The position numbers and the translations under genes were made by a program. A model generated the notes under the pieces. It had not been told where the DNA came from. It did not search any database and worked only from the letters and a program-made list of their open reading frames with translations. Below, one piece after another: positions 9,658 to 19,800 of a DNA stretch of 64,000 nucleotides. Location: the NCBI GenBank assembly GCA_046538485.1, contig JBKHIT010000003.1, positions 1 through 64,000 on the forward strand. Direction: 5' to 3'. The stretch is from Candidatus Brocadiia bacterium. Lineage in GTDB: Bacteria > Planctomycetota > Brocadiia > SM23-32. How positions within the stretch are numbered: the stretch's first letter is position 1; every line of letters starts with the position of its first letter.

Positions 9658-10653
9658 ATGGCGGATGATCATAAAGAATGGTCTCGTCGGAGATTTTTGA
9701 CTTACGCAGTGGGGGCGGCTACAGGCGCGGGAATATTTCGGTTTTTTGGTGAAAAAAAAGTGCCTTTCCATATCCGCAAAAGGGCGGAGAACGCATTACG
9801 TAGCGGTCTCGCTATTGTTCATGGTAACCACGGGGACCAAAAAACTGAAAGCCAGACCGTATCGCAGATGGCACGTGAGGCCATTCAGCAGCTTGGCGGA
9901 ATGGAGCGTCTCGTGAGGCCAGGGGCCCGAGTTGTGATTAAACCGAATATGGCCTGGCCGCGGCCGCCTCACATAGCGGCCAGCACCAACCCCTATGTTG
10001 TGAGGGCACTGGTGTCTATGTGTCTCGAGGCCGGGGCCGATCGGGTCCGCGTGCTTGACCACACCATAGCGCCCAATCCCGAACCGGCTTATCGTATCAG
10101 TGGCATTGCGGAGCAAGCGCGCGAGGCGGGTGCGCAAGTTGTGACAACGGATCCGGGGCGGTTCCGTGAGGTTGCGATCCCGGGAGGCTTTGAACTGCAT
10201 AAATGGTCTTTTTACGAAGAGTTTATCTCGCGCGAAATGTGTGATGTCCTGATCAACGTCCCGGTTCTGAAGGATCACGGAACCAGCCGTCTGACCATCG
10301 GGCTCAAAAATGCTTTCGGAATGGTCGGGGGAGAGCGAGGGCAACTACATAGCAGGATTCACAGAAAGATCCCCGATCTTCACAGAATTATAAAAGTTGA
10401 CCTTACTGTGATGGATGCTTATCGGGTTATACGACAGAACGGGCCGACTGGTGGGCGGGAGGCGGATGTTGATAATAGCCTGGAGGGTGCCAGACGCATT
10501 GTGGCGTCGGCTGATCCTGTGGCAGTTGACTCCTATGGGGCGAGCATGTTCGGTTTGAGCCCGGACGAAGTGGAGTTCGTGCGGAACGCGGAAAAAGCAG
10601 GACTTGGCGGAGCAGACTGGCATGGTGCAGGGGTGCGGGAGCGGACAATTTGA
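9658..10653 (+). CDS. DUF362 family Fe-S/lactate-racemase-like protein with a Tat signal
   Basis: SRRRFL twin-arginine motif; VVIKPN, TNP, INVPVLKDH, TIGLKNAFG, DPVAVD motifs of DUF362. Confidence 0.8.
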   Translation: MADDHKEWSRRRFLTYAVGAATGAGIFRFFGEKKVPFHIRKRAENALRSGLAIVHGNHGDQKTESQTVSQMAREAIQQLGGMERLVRPGARVVIKPNMAWPRPPHIAASTNPYVVRALVSMCLEAGADRVRVLDHTIAPNPEPAYRISGIAEQAREAGAQVVTTDPGRFREVAIPGGFELHKWSFYEEFISREMCDVLINVPVLKDHGTSRLTIGLKNAFGMVGGERGQLHSRIHRKIPDLHRIIKVDLTVMDAYRVIRQNGPTGGREADVDNSLEGARRIVASADPVAVDSYGASMFGLSPDEVEFVRNAEKAGLGGADWHGAGVRERTI

Positions 10654-10678
10654 CGATTCTGGCCGAAGAAGTTATACT
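10650..10678 (+). promoter_or_regulatory. Sigma70-type promoter of tRNA-Val
   Basis: TTGACG, 17-nt spacer, TATACT, just upstream of the tRNA. Confidence 0.6.
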
Positions 10679-10691
10679 TTCAGTCTTCGGT

Positions 10692-10767
10692 GGGCGCATA
10701 GCTCAGTGGCGAGAGCGCTACCTTCACACGGTAGAAGTCGCAGGTTCAAGTCCTGCTGCGCCCACCA
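10692..10767 (+). tRNA. tRNA-Val(CAC)
   Basis: Acceptor GGGCGCA/TGCGCCC, anticodon arm CTACC-TTCACAC-GGTAG, GGTTCAAGTCC T-arm, encoded CCA. Confidence 0.95.
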
Positions 10768-10886
10768 TTTTCTATAGCGTTTGGCTGGTATTCCCGTGCC
10801 GAGTGCTTGACTTAATACCCCGTCTCTTTTATTGTGAATGGGGTAGTATTTTTGGCGCTTGGATTCTGAAATCGGATAGCGAAGAA

Positions 10887-10961
10887 GCTAGTGTAGCTCA
10901 ACGGCAGAGCAGCGGTTTTGTAAACCGCAGGCTAGGGGTTCGAATCCCCTCACTAGCTCCA
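10887..10961 (+). tRNA. tRNA-Thr(TGT)
   Basis: Acceptor GCTAGTG/CACTAGC, anticodon arm GCGGT-TTTGTAA-ACCGC, GGTTCGAATCC, CCA. Confidence 0.95.
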
Positions 10962-11015
10962 AAGATATGTTCCGATGCGGGACATCAAGTTTTCGTTTTT
11001 CTTTGGCAAGCAGGT

Positions 11016-11101
11016 GGGCAGGTTCCGGAGCGGCCAAACGGGGCAGACTGTAAATCTGCTGGCGATTGCCTTCGGAGGTTCGAATCCTCCCCTGCCCACC
11101 A
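11016..11101 (+). tRNA. tRNA-Tyr(GTA)
   Basis: Acceptor GGGCAGG/CCTGCCC, anticodon arm GCAGA-CTGTAAA-TCTGC, long variable arm, CCA. Confidence 0.95.
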
Positions 11102-11120
11102 TCGGGATTGTTTTATATGA

Positions 11121-11195
11121 GCGGGCGTAGCTCAACGGAAGAGCGCTGGCCTTCCAAGCCAGCCGTTGTGGGTTCGAATCCCATCGCCCGCTCCA
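11121..11195 (+). tRNA. tRNA-Gly(TCC)
   Basis: Acceptor GCGGGCG/CGCCCGC, anticodon arm CTGGC-CTTCCAA-GCCAG, CCA. Confidence 0.95.
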
Positions 11196-11234
11196 TATTG
11201 AATCGGGAGGCATGTGTTTTGCTGGGAATTACAC

Positions 11235-11263
11235 TTGACTTCCTGATTTTTTTGGTGTATTAT
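11235..11263 (+). promoter_or_regulatory. Sigma70-type promoter for tRNA-Thr-tuf
   Basis: TTGACT, 17-nt spacer, TATTAT. Confidence 0.5.
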
Positions 11264-11465
11264 CTATCAATTGACGCTTTCATCGGGTCTAAAGCGCCAG
11301 TCTCCCCTGTTGTGATCCTGCGATACTATACTGGTTCAGGACTTCATATGTTCAGAGTGTTCTGTCCATACGTGTCGGTTCACAGCGCGCGAGTTTTTGC
11401 GACATTTACGGTTTTGTTTTTAGACTCGAAGCGGCTCTTGTTTGAGATATATGTTTTTTGAACGT

Positions 11466-11541
<76 letters not shown>

Positions 11542-11687
11542 TCCGATGTGACGGGGACGGTTCTCTCGGTTCTTCAGTTTTTAGGACCCGGCGAGCGGTT
11601 GCGCGTCGCATCACAGTGTTTGTGTTTTTGTCCATTTGGGAGAACGTTTCTAACCTGCGCTCAGTTGCTGGGAGGCATTGTTGAACC

Positions 11688-12881
11688 ATGGCGAAGGAGG
11701 AATTTCAGCGGACCAAACCTCACGTCAATGTGGGAACCATTGGACACATTGACCACGGAAAGACGACCCTGACGGCGGCGATGACACTCTATCTCAGTCA
11801 GCAGGGCATGGCCGAATACCGCCCGTTTGACTCGATCGACAACGCCCCAGAAGAGAGAGATCGCGGTATTACGATTGCGACTCAGCATGTGGAATACGAG
11901 ACCGACAATCGGCACTATGCTCACGTGGATTGTCCCGGGCACCGGGATTACATCAAAAACATGGTTACCGGCGCGGCTCAGATGGATGGTTCAATCCTGG
12001 TTGTGAGTGCGGCGGATGGGCCTATGCCTCAAACGCACGAACATGTGTTGCTTGCGCGGCAGGTGAACGTGCCGGCGATGGTCGTGTTTTTGAATAAAAC
12101 GGATCAACTTGATGATCCTGAGCTTCTTGAGCTGGTTGAGATGGAAGTTCGAGAGTTGCTCGATGAGCATGAATTCCCGGGTGATGAAGCTCCCGTGATT
12201 AAAGGTTCCGCTCTTGAGGCTCTTGAGGATCCCGAGAATGAAGAGGCAATGGCGCCGATTGCCGAGCTTATTGAGGCGCTCGATGATTATATTCCAGAGC
12301 CTGAGAGAGATATCGACCAGCCGTTCCTGATGCCTGTGGAAGATGTGTTCAGCATCAAAGGCCGCGGAACGGTCGGCACGGGCCGTGTGGAACGGGGTGT
12401 TGTAAAGGTCGGTGACGATATCGAGATAGTTGGGCTTCACGAAGACGTTCGAGAGACTGTTGTGACCGGCGTTGAGATGTTCCGGAAGACCCTCGATACA
12501 GGTCAGGCTGGAGATAATATCGGCGTGCTGCTGCGGGGGATTGAAAAAGAAGAATTGAACCGCGGTCAGGTGCTTGCCGAACCGGGTTCTATTACCCCTC
12601 ACACGAAATTCAACGGTGAGGTTTATGTCCTCACAAAAGAAGAGGGCGGTCGCCACACGCCTTTCTTCTCAGGTTATCGTCCCCAGTTCTATTTCCGTAC
12701 CACCGATGTCACGGGGACAGTAACCTTGCCGGAAGGTCAGGATATGGTTCTGCCTGGCGATAACGTTACGGTCGAGGTCCAGTTGATCGAACCGATTGCT
12801 ATGGAGGAGCAACTTCGCTTCGCAATTCGCGAGGGTGGCAACACGGTTGGCGCCGGTGTCGTTACCGAAGTCCTCGAGTAA
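11688..12881 (+). CDS. tuf: Elongation factor Tu
   Basis: [23 protein letters not shown]; full-length EF-Tu. Confidence 0.99.
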   Translation: MAKEEFQRTKPHVNVGTIGHIDHGKTTLTAAMTLYLSQQGMAEYRPFDSIDNAPEERDRGITIATQHVEYETDNRHYAHVDCPGHRDYIKNMVTGAAQMDGSILVVSAADGPMPQTHEHVLLARQVNVPAMVVFLNKTDQLDDPELLELVEMEVRELLDEHEFPGDEAPVIKGSALEALEDPENEEAMAPIAELIEALDDYIPEPERDIDQPFLMPVEDVFSIKGRGTVGTGRVERGVVKVGDDIEIVGLHEDVRETVVTGVEMFRKTLDTGQAGDNIGVLLRGIEKEELNRGQVLAEPGSITPHTKFNGEVYVLTKEEGGRHTPFFSGYRPQFYFRTTDVTGTVTLPEGQDMVLPGDNVTVEVQLIEPIAMEEQLRFAIREGGNTVGAGVVTEVLE

Positions 12882-12895
12882 ACAGGTTATTGACC

Positions 12896-13039
12896 ATGCG
12901 GGCAGAAGTTACTTTGCAATGTTCGGAATGTAAGCGGCGCAATTATCGCACATCACGGCGCCGCGAAGGCAATGAGAAACTGAAGCTGAAGAAGTACTGT
13001 GCCCATTGCCGAAAACATACCGAGCATAAGGAGGCTTAA
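12896..13039 (+). CDS. rpmG: 50S ribosomal protein L33 (zinc-binding CxxC/CxxC form), 47 aa
   Basis: Hand translation MRAEVTLQCSECKRRNYRTSRRREGNEKLKLKKYCAHCRKHTEHKEA*; usual tuf-rpmG-trnW-secE position; not in the ORF track. Confidence 0.95.
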   Translation: MRAEVTLQCSECKRRNYRTSRRREGNEKLKLKKYCAHCRKHTEHKEA

Positions 13040-13102
13040 CCTGCATTTTATGGATCGGCGAGCCCTTCGGCTATTCGACTGCCAATATCCGGTGTCAGCG
13101 GC

Positions 13103-13180
13103 AGGCCAGTAGCTCAATCTGGCGAGAGCACCGGTTTCCAAAACCGGCGGTTGGGGGTTCGAGTCCCTCCTGGCCTGCCA
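13103..13180 (+). tRNA. tRNA-Trp(CCA)
   Basis: Acceptor AGGCCAG/CTGGCCT, anticodon arm CCGGT-TTCCAAA-ACCGG, CCA end. Confidence 0.95.
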
Positions 13181-13224
13181 ATAATAGAACTTGGGAGTTT
13201 TCCCGCAGAAACCCCCCTACGGAA

Positions 13225-13671
13225 ATGGCTTTAACACCATATAAATCGAATCAGGGTCTTTACGCGCGCGGTGCTACGGGCGTGGCAATCTTAATTCTTG
13301 CCTTGTTTGCCAGTTGGAGATTTAGCGTTCTGCTGGATGTGCAGAGCACCTTTGAAGTGCTCGGAATGAATGTTTCTTATGGTATTGTCGGCGCTGGCAT
13401 TCTGTTTGTTTTGATCGCAGCTGTCGGAGCGTTCATCACGTTTGGAATTCAGACGGGTTTTGAAAGTATCGATTCTGTGGGTCGCTCGTCGGTGGACCTG
13501 CTGGTTGATACGCAGAACGAACTGCAAAAAGTTTCGTGGCCCGGCCCTGAAGAACTGCGGCGTTCTACGATCGTTGTGTTGATATGTATCCTTGTGCTGG
13601 GTAGCTACCTTTCAATGGTAGATCTGCTCGTTTTAATCGTTATGAAAAGGATTCAGGTATTGCCCCCCTGA
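13225..13671 (+). CDS. secE: Preprotein translocase subunit SecE (multi-TM form)
   Basis: ELQKVSWP motif followed by a TM helix; synteny. Confidence 0.9.
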   Translation: MALTPYKSNQGLYARGATGVAILILALFASWRFSVLLDVQSTFEVLGMNVSYGIVGAGILFVLIAAVGAFITFGIQTGFESIDSVGRSSVDLLVDTQNELQKVSWPGPEELRRSTIVVLICILVLGSYLSMVDLLVLIVMKRIQVLPP

Positions 13672-13773
13672 TCTCTTCTTCAGAGAATGGGATATGAAAG
13701 CTATTGGTTAGTTTCTGATAGCCTTCAATTATGCTATTTTTGATACGAAGTTTTGTACGGAAGGAATTTAACA

Positions 13774-14322
13774 GTGGCCAAAAAGTGGTTTGTTCTCAGG
13801 GTGCAGAGCAACCGCGAAGAGTATGTGCGGGATAATCTCGCGCGGGCTGTCGCCCGAGAAGAGAAAGATGATGAGATCCCCAACATACTCGTACCAACTC
13901 AGACGGTTACGGAAATCCGGGGCGGCAAACGAAAACAAATCCAGCGCAAACTCTATCCCGGATATGTTCTGGTCGAAGTGGATGTTGACGACGAGGGTAA
14001 TATTCCGGATTCCCTCTGGTATCTGATCCGTGAGACGAGTGGCGTCGGTGACTTCATCGGTGGAGAAGAACCGTGGCCGATGCGAGAAGAGGAAGTTGCT
14101 CGGCTGCTCGGGGAGGAAGAAGAAGAGGAAGAAGAAGGTCCCGTTCTGGAGATCGATTTCAAAGAAGGCGATATGGTCGAGATAACGGAAGGTCCGTTCA
14201 ACGATATGAAAGGTCAGATTGAGGAGATCAATCCTGCTACCGGTCGTGTCAAAGTTGTTATCAGCGTTTTCAACCGCCAGACGCCTGTGGAGCTCGATTA
14301 CTGGCAGGTTGAATCGGCATAA
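13774..14322 (+). CDS. nusG: Transcription termination/antitermination factor NusG
   Basis: WFVLRV, YPGYVLV, KOW domain GPF...FNRQTPVELDY; GTG start after AAGGA. Confidence 0.97.
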   Translation: MAKKWFVLRVQSNREEYVRDNLARAVAREEKDDEIPNILVPTQTVTEIRGGKRKQIQRKLYPGYVLVEVDVDDEGNIPDSLWYLIRETSGVGDFIGGEEPWPMREEEVARLLGEEEEEEEEGPVLEIDFKEGDMVEITEGPFNDMKGQIEEINPATGRVKVVISVFNRQTPVELDYWQVESA

Positions 14323-14352
14323 TTCAGCACTAAATCCGTCAGGTGAAGATTC

Positions 14353-14844
14353 GTGGCAAAACAACCGAAAGTAACGTTAAAGCTACAGGTTACGGGGGGG
14401 CAGGCCAATCCTGCTCCGCCGCTCGGGCCCGCGTTGAGTCAGCATCGAGTCAATATCGGTCAGTTCATTAGCGAATTTAATGAGCAGACCAGCGACCAAA
14501 TGGGCATCCCGCTACCTGTAGTGGTGCGGATTTACGGCGATGGTTCGTTCGAATTTGATGTAAAAAAACCTCCGGTTTCCTATTTGATCAAGCGGACAGC
14601 CGAAGTTGCTAAAGGAGCGGGGGAAGCCGGAAAAGAAGTTGTTGGGAGTCTCACTGAAGAACAGGTGGAAGAAATTGCCCAGGAGAAAATGGAAGATCTG
14701 AATGCGAGGGATCTTGAGGCTGCGAAAAACATAGTTAAGGGGACTGCCCGTAGCTGTGGGATTGAGGTTATGGCTGAGGGAAAAGAACAAGAACAAGAGC
14801 AGGATAAAGAGGAAGAGGAAGAAGAGCTTGTTGAAACTGAATAG
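14353..14844 (+). CDS. rplK: 50S ribosomal protein L11 with an acidic C-terminal tail
   Basis: GGQANPAPPLGPAL, GTARSCGIEV. Confidence 0.97.
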   Translation: MAKQPKVTLKLQVTGGQANPAPPLGPALSQHRVNIGQFISEFNEQTSDQMGIPLPVVVRIYGDGSFEFDVKKPPVSYLIKRTAEVAKGAGEAGKEVVGSLTEEQVEEIAQEKMEDLNARDLEAAKNIVKGTARSCGIEVMAEGKEQEQEQDKEEEEEELVETE

Positions 14845-14878
14845 CTGTCAAGAGAGCCGTTTTACCCCGGATTGAATC

Positions 14879-15559
14879 ATGGCAAAAAGAAGTCGTCGTT
14901 ACCAGGAAGCTTGCGCCCAGATTGATAAGAGTGCCGTTTATCCCGTGGGCGAAGCGATTGATATTTTGAAGTCGATCCGGAGCGCCCAGTTCGACGAAAC
15001 GGTTGAGCTCCATGTTCAACTTGGGATCGACCCGCGCCAGAGCGACCAGCAAATTCGCACGTCTTTGTCCCTTCCCAATGGAACGGGGCGAAGTCTCAAA
15101 GTGGCGGTTTTTGCGGACGGTGATAATGCCGAGAAAGCCCTTGAGGCAGGAGCTGAGGAGGTGGGGTCTGACGAATTGATCGAACGAGTGGAAGATGGAT
15201 GGATGGACTTTGATGTGGCACTGGCCACCCCCAGTATGATGAGCAAAATCGGGCGCCTCGGTCGGTATCTTGGTCCGCAAGGGCTCATGCCGACTCCCAA
15301 GAACGGAACCGTAAGAGAAGATATCGGCGAGGCTGTTAAGGAATTTAAGGCCGGGAAAGTGGAGTTGCGCAACGACGAAGGTGCTAATATCCACACTCCG
15401 GTCGGAAAAATGTCTTTCAGCAAGGAAGAATTGATGGAAAACGTTCAAACGGTCCTTGAGCATCTACTGCAAAAACGGCCGACGGGATTGAAAGGACGTT
15501 TTTTCCGTAATGTGGTTTTGAGTTCAACGATGTCGCCTGGAATAAAAGTGCAGATATAA
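14879..15559 (+). CDS. rplA: 50S ribosomal protein L1
   Basis: FDETVE, LGPQGLMPTPKNGTV, STMSPG. Confidence 0.98.
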   Translation: MAKRSRRYQEACAQIDKSAVYPVGEAIDILKSIRSAQFDETVELHVQLGIDPRQSDQQIRTSLSLPNGTGRSLKVAVFADGDNAEKALEAGAEEVGSDELIERVEDGWMDFDVALATPSMMSKIGRLGRYLGPQGLMPTPKNGTVREDIGEAVKEFKAGKVELRNDEGANIHTPVGKMSFSKEELMENVQTVLEHLLQKRPTGLKGRFFRNVVLSSTMSPGIKVQI

Positions 15560-15587
15560 TACAAAAATCGTTGTCAGGAAGTGTGAA

Positions 15588-16115
15588 ATGTCGCGGAAAC
15601 TGAAAGAAATGATGGTTTCGGAATTTGCCTTACGTTTCGAGGATATAGAACAACATGGATGTGTTGTGGTGGGGTTCCGAGGTATTGACGCCAATCAATC
15701 GAACGAAATGCGTGCCGCACTGGCGGAAAGAAACGCGCGGATGATGGTTGTCCGGAACCGACTTATGTATCTTGCCCTTGATGCTATCGATGTCCCGGGT
15801 TTAAGGGATGTTTTAAACGGTCCGGCTGCTTTTGTTACCGGCGAAAACCCTGTGGAGGCTGCGAAGGCGGTGGACAGTGCGAGTGAACAGGCTCCCACGT
15901 TGACTGTCCTTGGAGGCTATGCGGAAGGGCAGGTTATCGGGCCCGAAGAGGTTGAAAAGCTGGCCGACTTGCCCGATAGAGAAACGCTGTTGTCTCAGAC
16001 GATCAGCTGTTTGATGGCTCCAGCACAGCGTTTTGTTAACGGTTTGAATAGCACCGCTCAAAAACTGGCTTCAGTTTTACGCCAGATAAAAGAAGACAAA
16101 GAGGAATCCGAGTGA
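15588..16115 (+). CDS. rplJ: 50S ribosomal protein L10
   Basis: VVRNRL, LADLPDRETLL; synteny. Confidence 0.93.
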   Translation: MSRKLKEMMVSEFALRFEDIEQHGCVVVGFRGIDANQSNEMRAALAERNARMMVVRNRLMYLALDAIDVPGLRDVLNGPAAFVTGENPVEAAKAVDSASEQAPTLTVLGGYAEGQVIGPEEVEKLADLPDRETLLSQTISCLMAPAQRFVNGLNSTAQKLASVLRQIKEDKEESE

Positions 16116-16207
16116 TAAGCCACGAGCCCGGAAGGTCCGGGATCTTGAGCTTGGGATCTTAATACAGAAAGTTCATTTGCCCATACGAGTTGAGGAGGTT
16201 GTGACTG

Positions 16208-16672
16208 ATGGCGGAGGCCACCGAGGAAAAAACAGAAGAACAGCAAGAAGAGACGGCTGAAAAGGAGTACTCACCGAAGGTAACAGAAATTCTTGATAAG
16301 GTTGGAGAGTTTACACTGATGGAACTGTCCGAGCTTGTCGAAGCCTTCGAAGATCGTTTCAATGTTCAGGCTTCAGCGATGGCGGCCCCGGTAGCAGCAG
16401 CTTCCGGCGCAGCTGGCGGAGCCGGTGAAGAAGGCGAAGAAGAGGAAGCTGTTGAATTCGACGTTATGCTTAAGGATTTCGGCGATAACAAGATCCAGGT
16501 TATTAAAGCAGTGCGTTCGATGACCAGCCTGGCACTTAAAGAAGCAAAACAGGTTGTGGAGGATGCACCGTCTGCTATTAAAGAGGCTATTGCCAAAGAA
16601 GATGCTGACGAATGTGCGGAAGAACTTGAAGAAGCTGGCGCTGAGGTGGAAGTTAAGCCCCACGGAGGCTGA
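16208..16672 (+). CDS. rplL: 50S ribosomal protein L7/L12 with an acidic N-terminal extension
   Basis: [35 protein letters not shown]. Confidence 0.97.
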   Translation: MAEATEEKTEEQQEETAEKEYSPKVTEILDKVGEFTLMELSELVEAFEDRFNVQASAMAAPVAAASGAAGGAGEEGEEEEAVEFDVMLKDFGDNKIQVIKAVRSMTSLALKEAKQVVEDAPSAIKEAIAKEDADECAEELEEAGAEVEVKPHGG

Positions 16673-16876
16673 GTGAACGAAATCCGGAGCATGTTCCGCG
16701 ATTATTACAGGGGAAAGATTTCGGGGGATTTGGGTCAAAGGCCCGGGCAAATCCCGGGTCAAGGGACAGTATGTCGCAGCCAGAATACATTTTGTGTGTT
16801 GCCGAGGCAAAATGCTGTTTGCGAAATTCAATATGTTTTTCCGAATGATTAACTGGTAATCGGAGATAGCTACGTT

Positions 16877-19800
16877 ATGGAAGAACGCTGGTTTTCAAAG
16901 GTTGGCACGGAATTGGAAGTTTCCGATCTGACGCGCATCCAACGCCAGTCCTATGAGCAGTTTCTACAAGCCCAGGTGCCGATGCATGAACGGGAGAGAC
17001 GAGGGCTCCAACAGGTTATCGACGAGATCTTCCCGATCGAAAATGAGAGGCAAGATATCCGGGTTGAATTCGTAGGTTACTCCCTGGGTCGGCCCCGTTA
17101 TAGTCCCGACGAATGCCGTCAGTTGCGTCTGACTTACGGCTATCCTTTTCACATTCGCGTGCGCCTCTACAAAGAGGAAGAAGTCTTCGAGGAAGATGTC
17201 TACCTCGGTGAAATGCCCGTGATGCTCGGTGGGGGGGAGTTCATCGTTAACGGCTCGGAGAGGGTCATCGTTATGCAGTTGCACCGCTCCCCCGGTTGCG
17301 ATTTTTCACAGGAGGCGTCCGGTGATCGCACTCTGTATTCCTGCCGAATCATTCCCGAACGGGGAAGTTGGATTGAGATGGAAACAAACCGCTACGACGT
17401 TCTGCGTTGTCGCCTGGACCAAAGCGGTAAGAATCCGGCCACCCTACTGCTGCGGTCGCTCCTTGAAGAGAATGCTACGGATGCCGATCTTATCGATCTT
17501 TTTTACGAAACCGAGACGATCAAATTTACCACGGGCACGGCTGCGGCCAAGCTACGTGATCGCATAAGTGCGGAGACTGTGGCTCTGGAAGACGGCGATG
17601 TGACGCTGGTGAAAGCCGGCGAAACAGTCACGGACGAGCAAGCGCAGCAACTCGCCGAGGCCGGTGTGAAAAAACTGTCAGTTGTTGAAGAATCTCCGGA
17701 TATGTTGATCGTTAATACCATTCTGGAGGATAAATCCCGGAACCACGAAGATGCGGTGAAAGAATTGTACGGGCGACTTCGCCCCGGCACGCCTTTCAAC
17801 TTCGAAAAAGCCAAAGAGATGCTCTGGGAGAAGTTTTTCGATGAGAATCGGTACCAGCTTGGCGATGTCGGGCGGTTTCGCATGAATCGCAAATTCGGAA
17901 ACAATGTTCCGATCGAGCATCAGACCCTCCGCCCCGAAGACCTTATTGATGCGGTTCAGTATATTCTCAAACTGCGAAACGGAGAGGGAAATGTCGATGA
18001 CATTGACCATCTGGGTAACCGCCGGGTGCGTACCATCGGTGAGCTTGCTCAGGAAGAGATCCGAAAAGGTTTCCTGAAAATGCGGCGGACCATCCAGGAA
18101 CGCCTTAATCTCAAGGATCCGAGCAAATATACGGCCCGAAGTCTTATTAACTCCAAAACAGTGAGCGCGGCCATCAATTATTTCTTCGGCCGGAGCGAGC
18201 TGTCTCAGGTTGTAGACCAGACCAACCCGCTGAGTCAGCTGACGCACGAACGGCGTTTGAGCGCTCTGGGGCCTGGTGGCTTGAACCGGAAACGGGCCAG
18301 TTTTGATGTCCGCGACGTGCATATCTCGCACTACGGGCGAATCTGTCCGATTGAAACCCCCGAGGGTACGAATATCGGACTGATAACGTCGCTTGGAGTT
18401 TACGCCGAAACAGACCGGTACGGATTCCTTGTGACGCCGTACCGTGTGGTGAAGAATGGAAAACTAACAGATGAAATTCACTACCTGCGAGGTGATGAGG
18501 AAGAGGAAGCTTATATCGCACCGGCGGACAAAAAGTTCGATGACATGAAACCGAGCGATATCATTATCGCGCGCCACCAGAGCGATTTTGTGGAGATCAA
18601 ACTTAAAGAACTCCAGTATGTCGACGTGGCGCCGAAACAAATCGTCGGAGTCAGTGCCAGTTTAATCCCTTTTCTCGAGCACAGCGATGCCAACCGGGCT
18701 CTGATGGGCTCAAACATGCAACGGCAGGCTGTTCCCCTGATGCAGACAGAACCTCCTCTGGTGGCCACCGGGATCGAAAAAGATGTGGCTCGAAATAGCA
18801 GCCTCGTCGTGCGCGCCGGAAAAGAGGGAAATGTGACTTACGTTGATAGTCAAAGTGTCGTTATTGATGATGAGGATACGTATCCTCTTAAAAAGTTCCG
18901 CGGGATGAACCAGCGAACGTGCCTCAACCAGCGCCCCACCGTACAGAAAGGGGATAAGGTGAAGGATGGTGATATCATCGCCGACGGCCCCGGGACTTCA
19001 GACGGCGAACTTGCTCTTGGACAGAACCTGCTGGTGGCATTTATGCCGTGGGATGGATACAACTTCGAGGACGCGATTGTGATCAGTGAGCGTGTGGTGA
19101 AGGATGATGCCTATACCTCACTTCATATTGAGTCCTTTGAAACAGAAATTCGCGAGACCAAACTGGGAAAAGAAGAATTCACCCGTGATATTCCAAACGT
19201 TTCCGAAAAACAGCTGGCCAACCTCGATAAAGACGGGTTGATTCGCGAGGGCACCTGGGTGGAACCGGGCGATATACTTGCCGGGAAAGTCTCTCCGAAA
19301 AGCCGGAGCGAACTTGCACCGGAAGAGAAACTTCTTTACGCGATTTTCGGGAAGGCTGGGGAAGATGTCAGAAATGAATCCTTGAGCGTTCCGAGCGGCA
19401 CCGAAGGTGTTGTCATCAGAACGGAAAGGTTCAGCCGCCGTTCCTATCTGAGCGAAGAGAGACGAGAGAAGATTGATGAAGAGATCAAGGAACTGAAAGC
19501 GGATTATCGGGAAGAGATTGCTGGTCTGGTGCGCGAGGGTTTCGAGGCGATAGAAAAAGCGCTCGGTGGCCCCGTGGTTGACCAGACGAGCCAGAAGACT
19601 TTCGAAGTCAATGAAGATATGAGCGACCGCGAGGTGGTGAAGTTCGAGGAAGAATTCGATCCTGAGGAGATTGATTTCGGAGGCAGCCGGATTAACAAAA
19701 AAGCTCTTGCTGCCTGGTCGGAATTTGGTTCCCAGATCAAGAAGTTGAAAGAAGAACGCGACCAGAAAGTGAGCCGGCTGAGCAAGGGAGATGAACTTCC

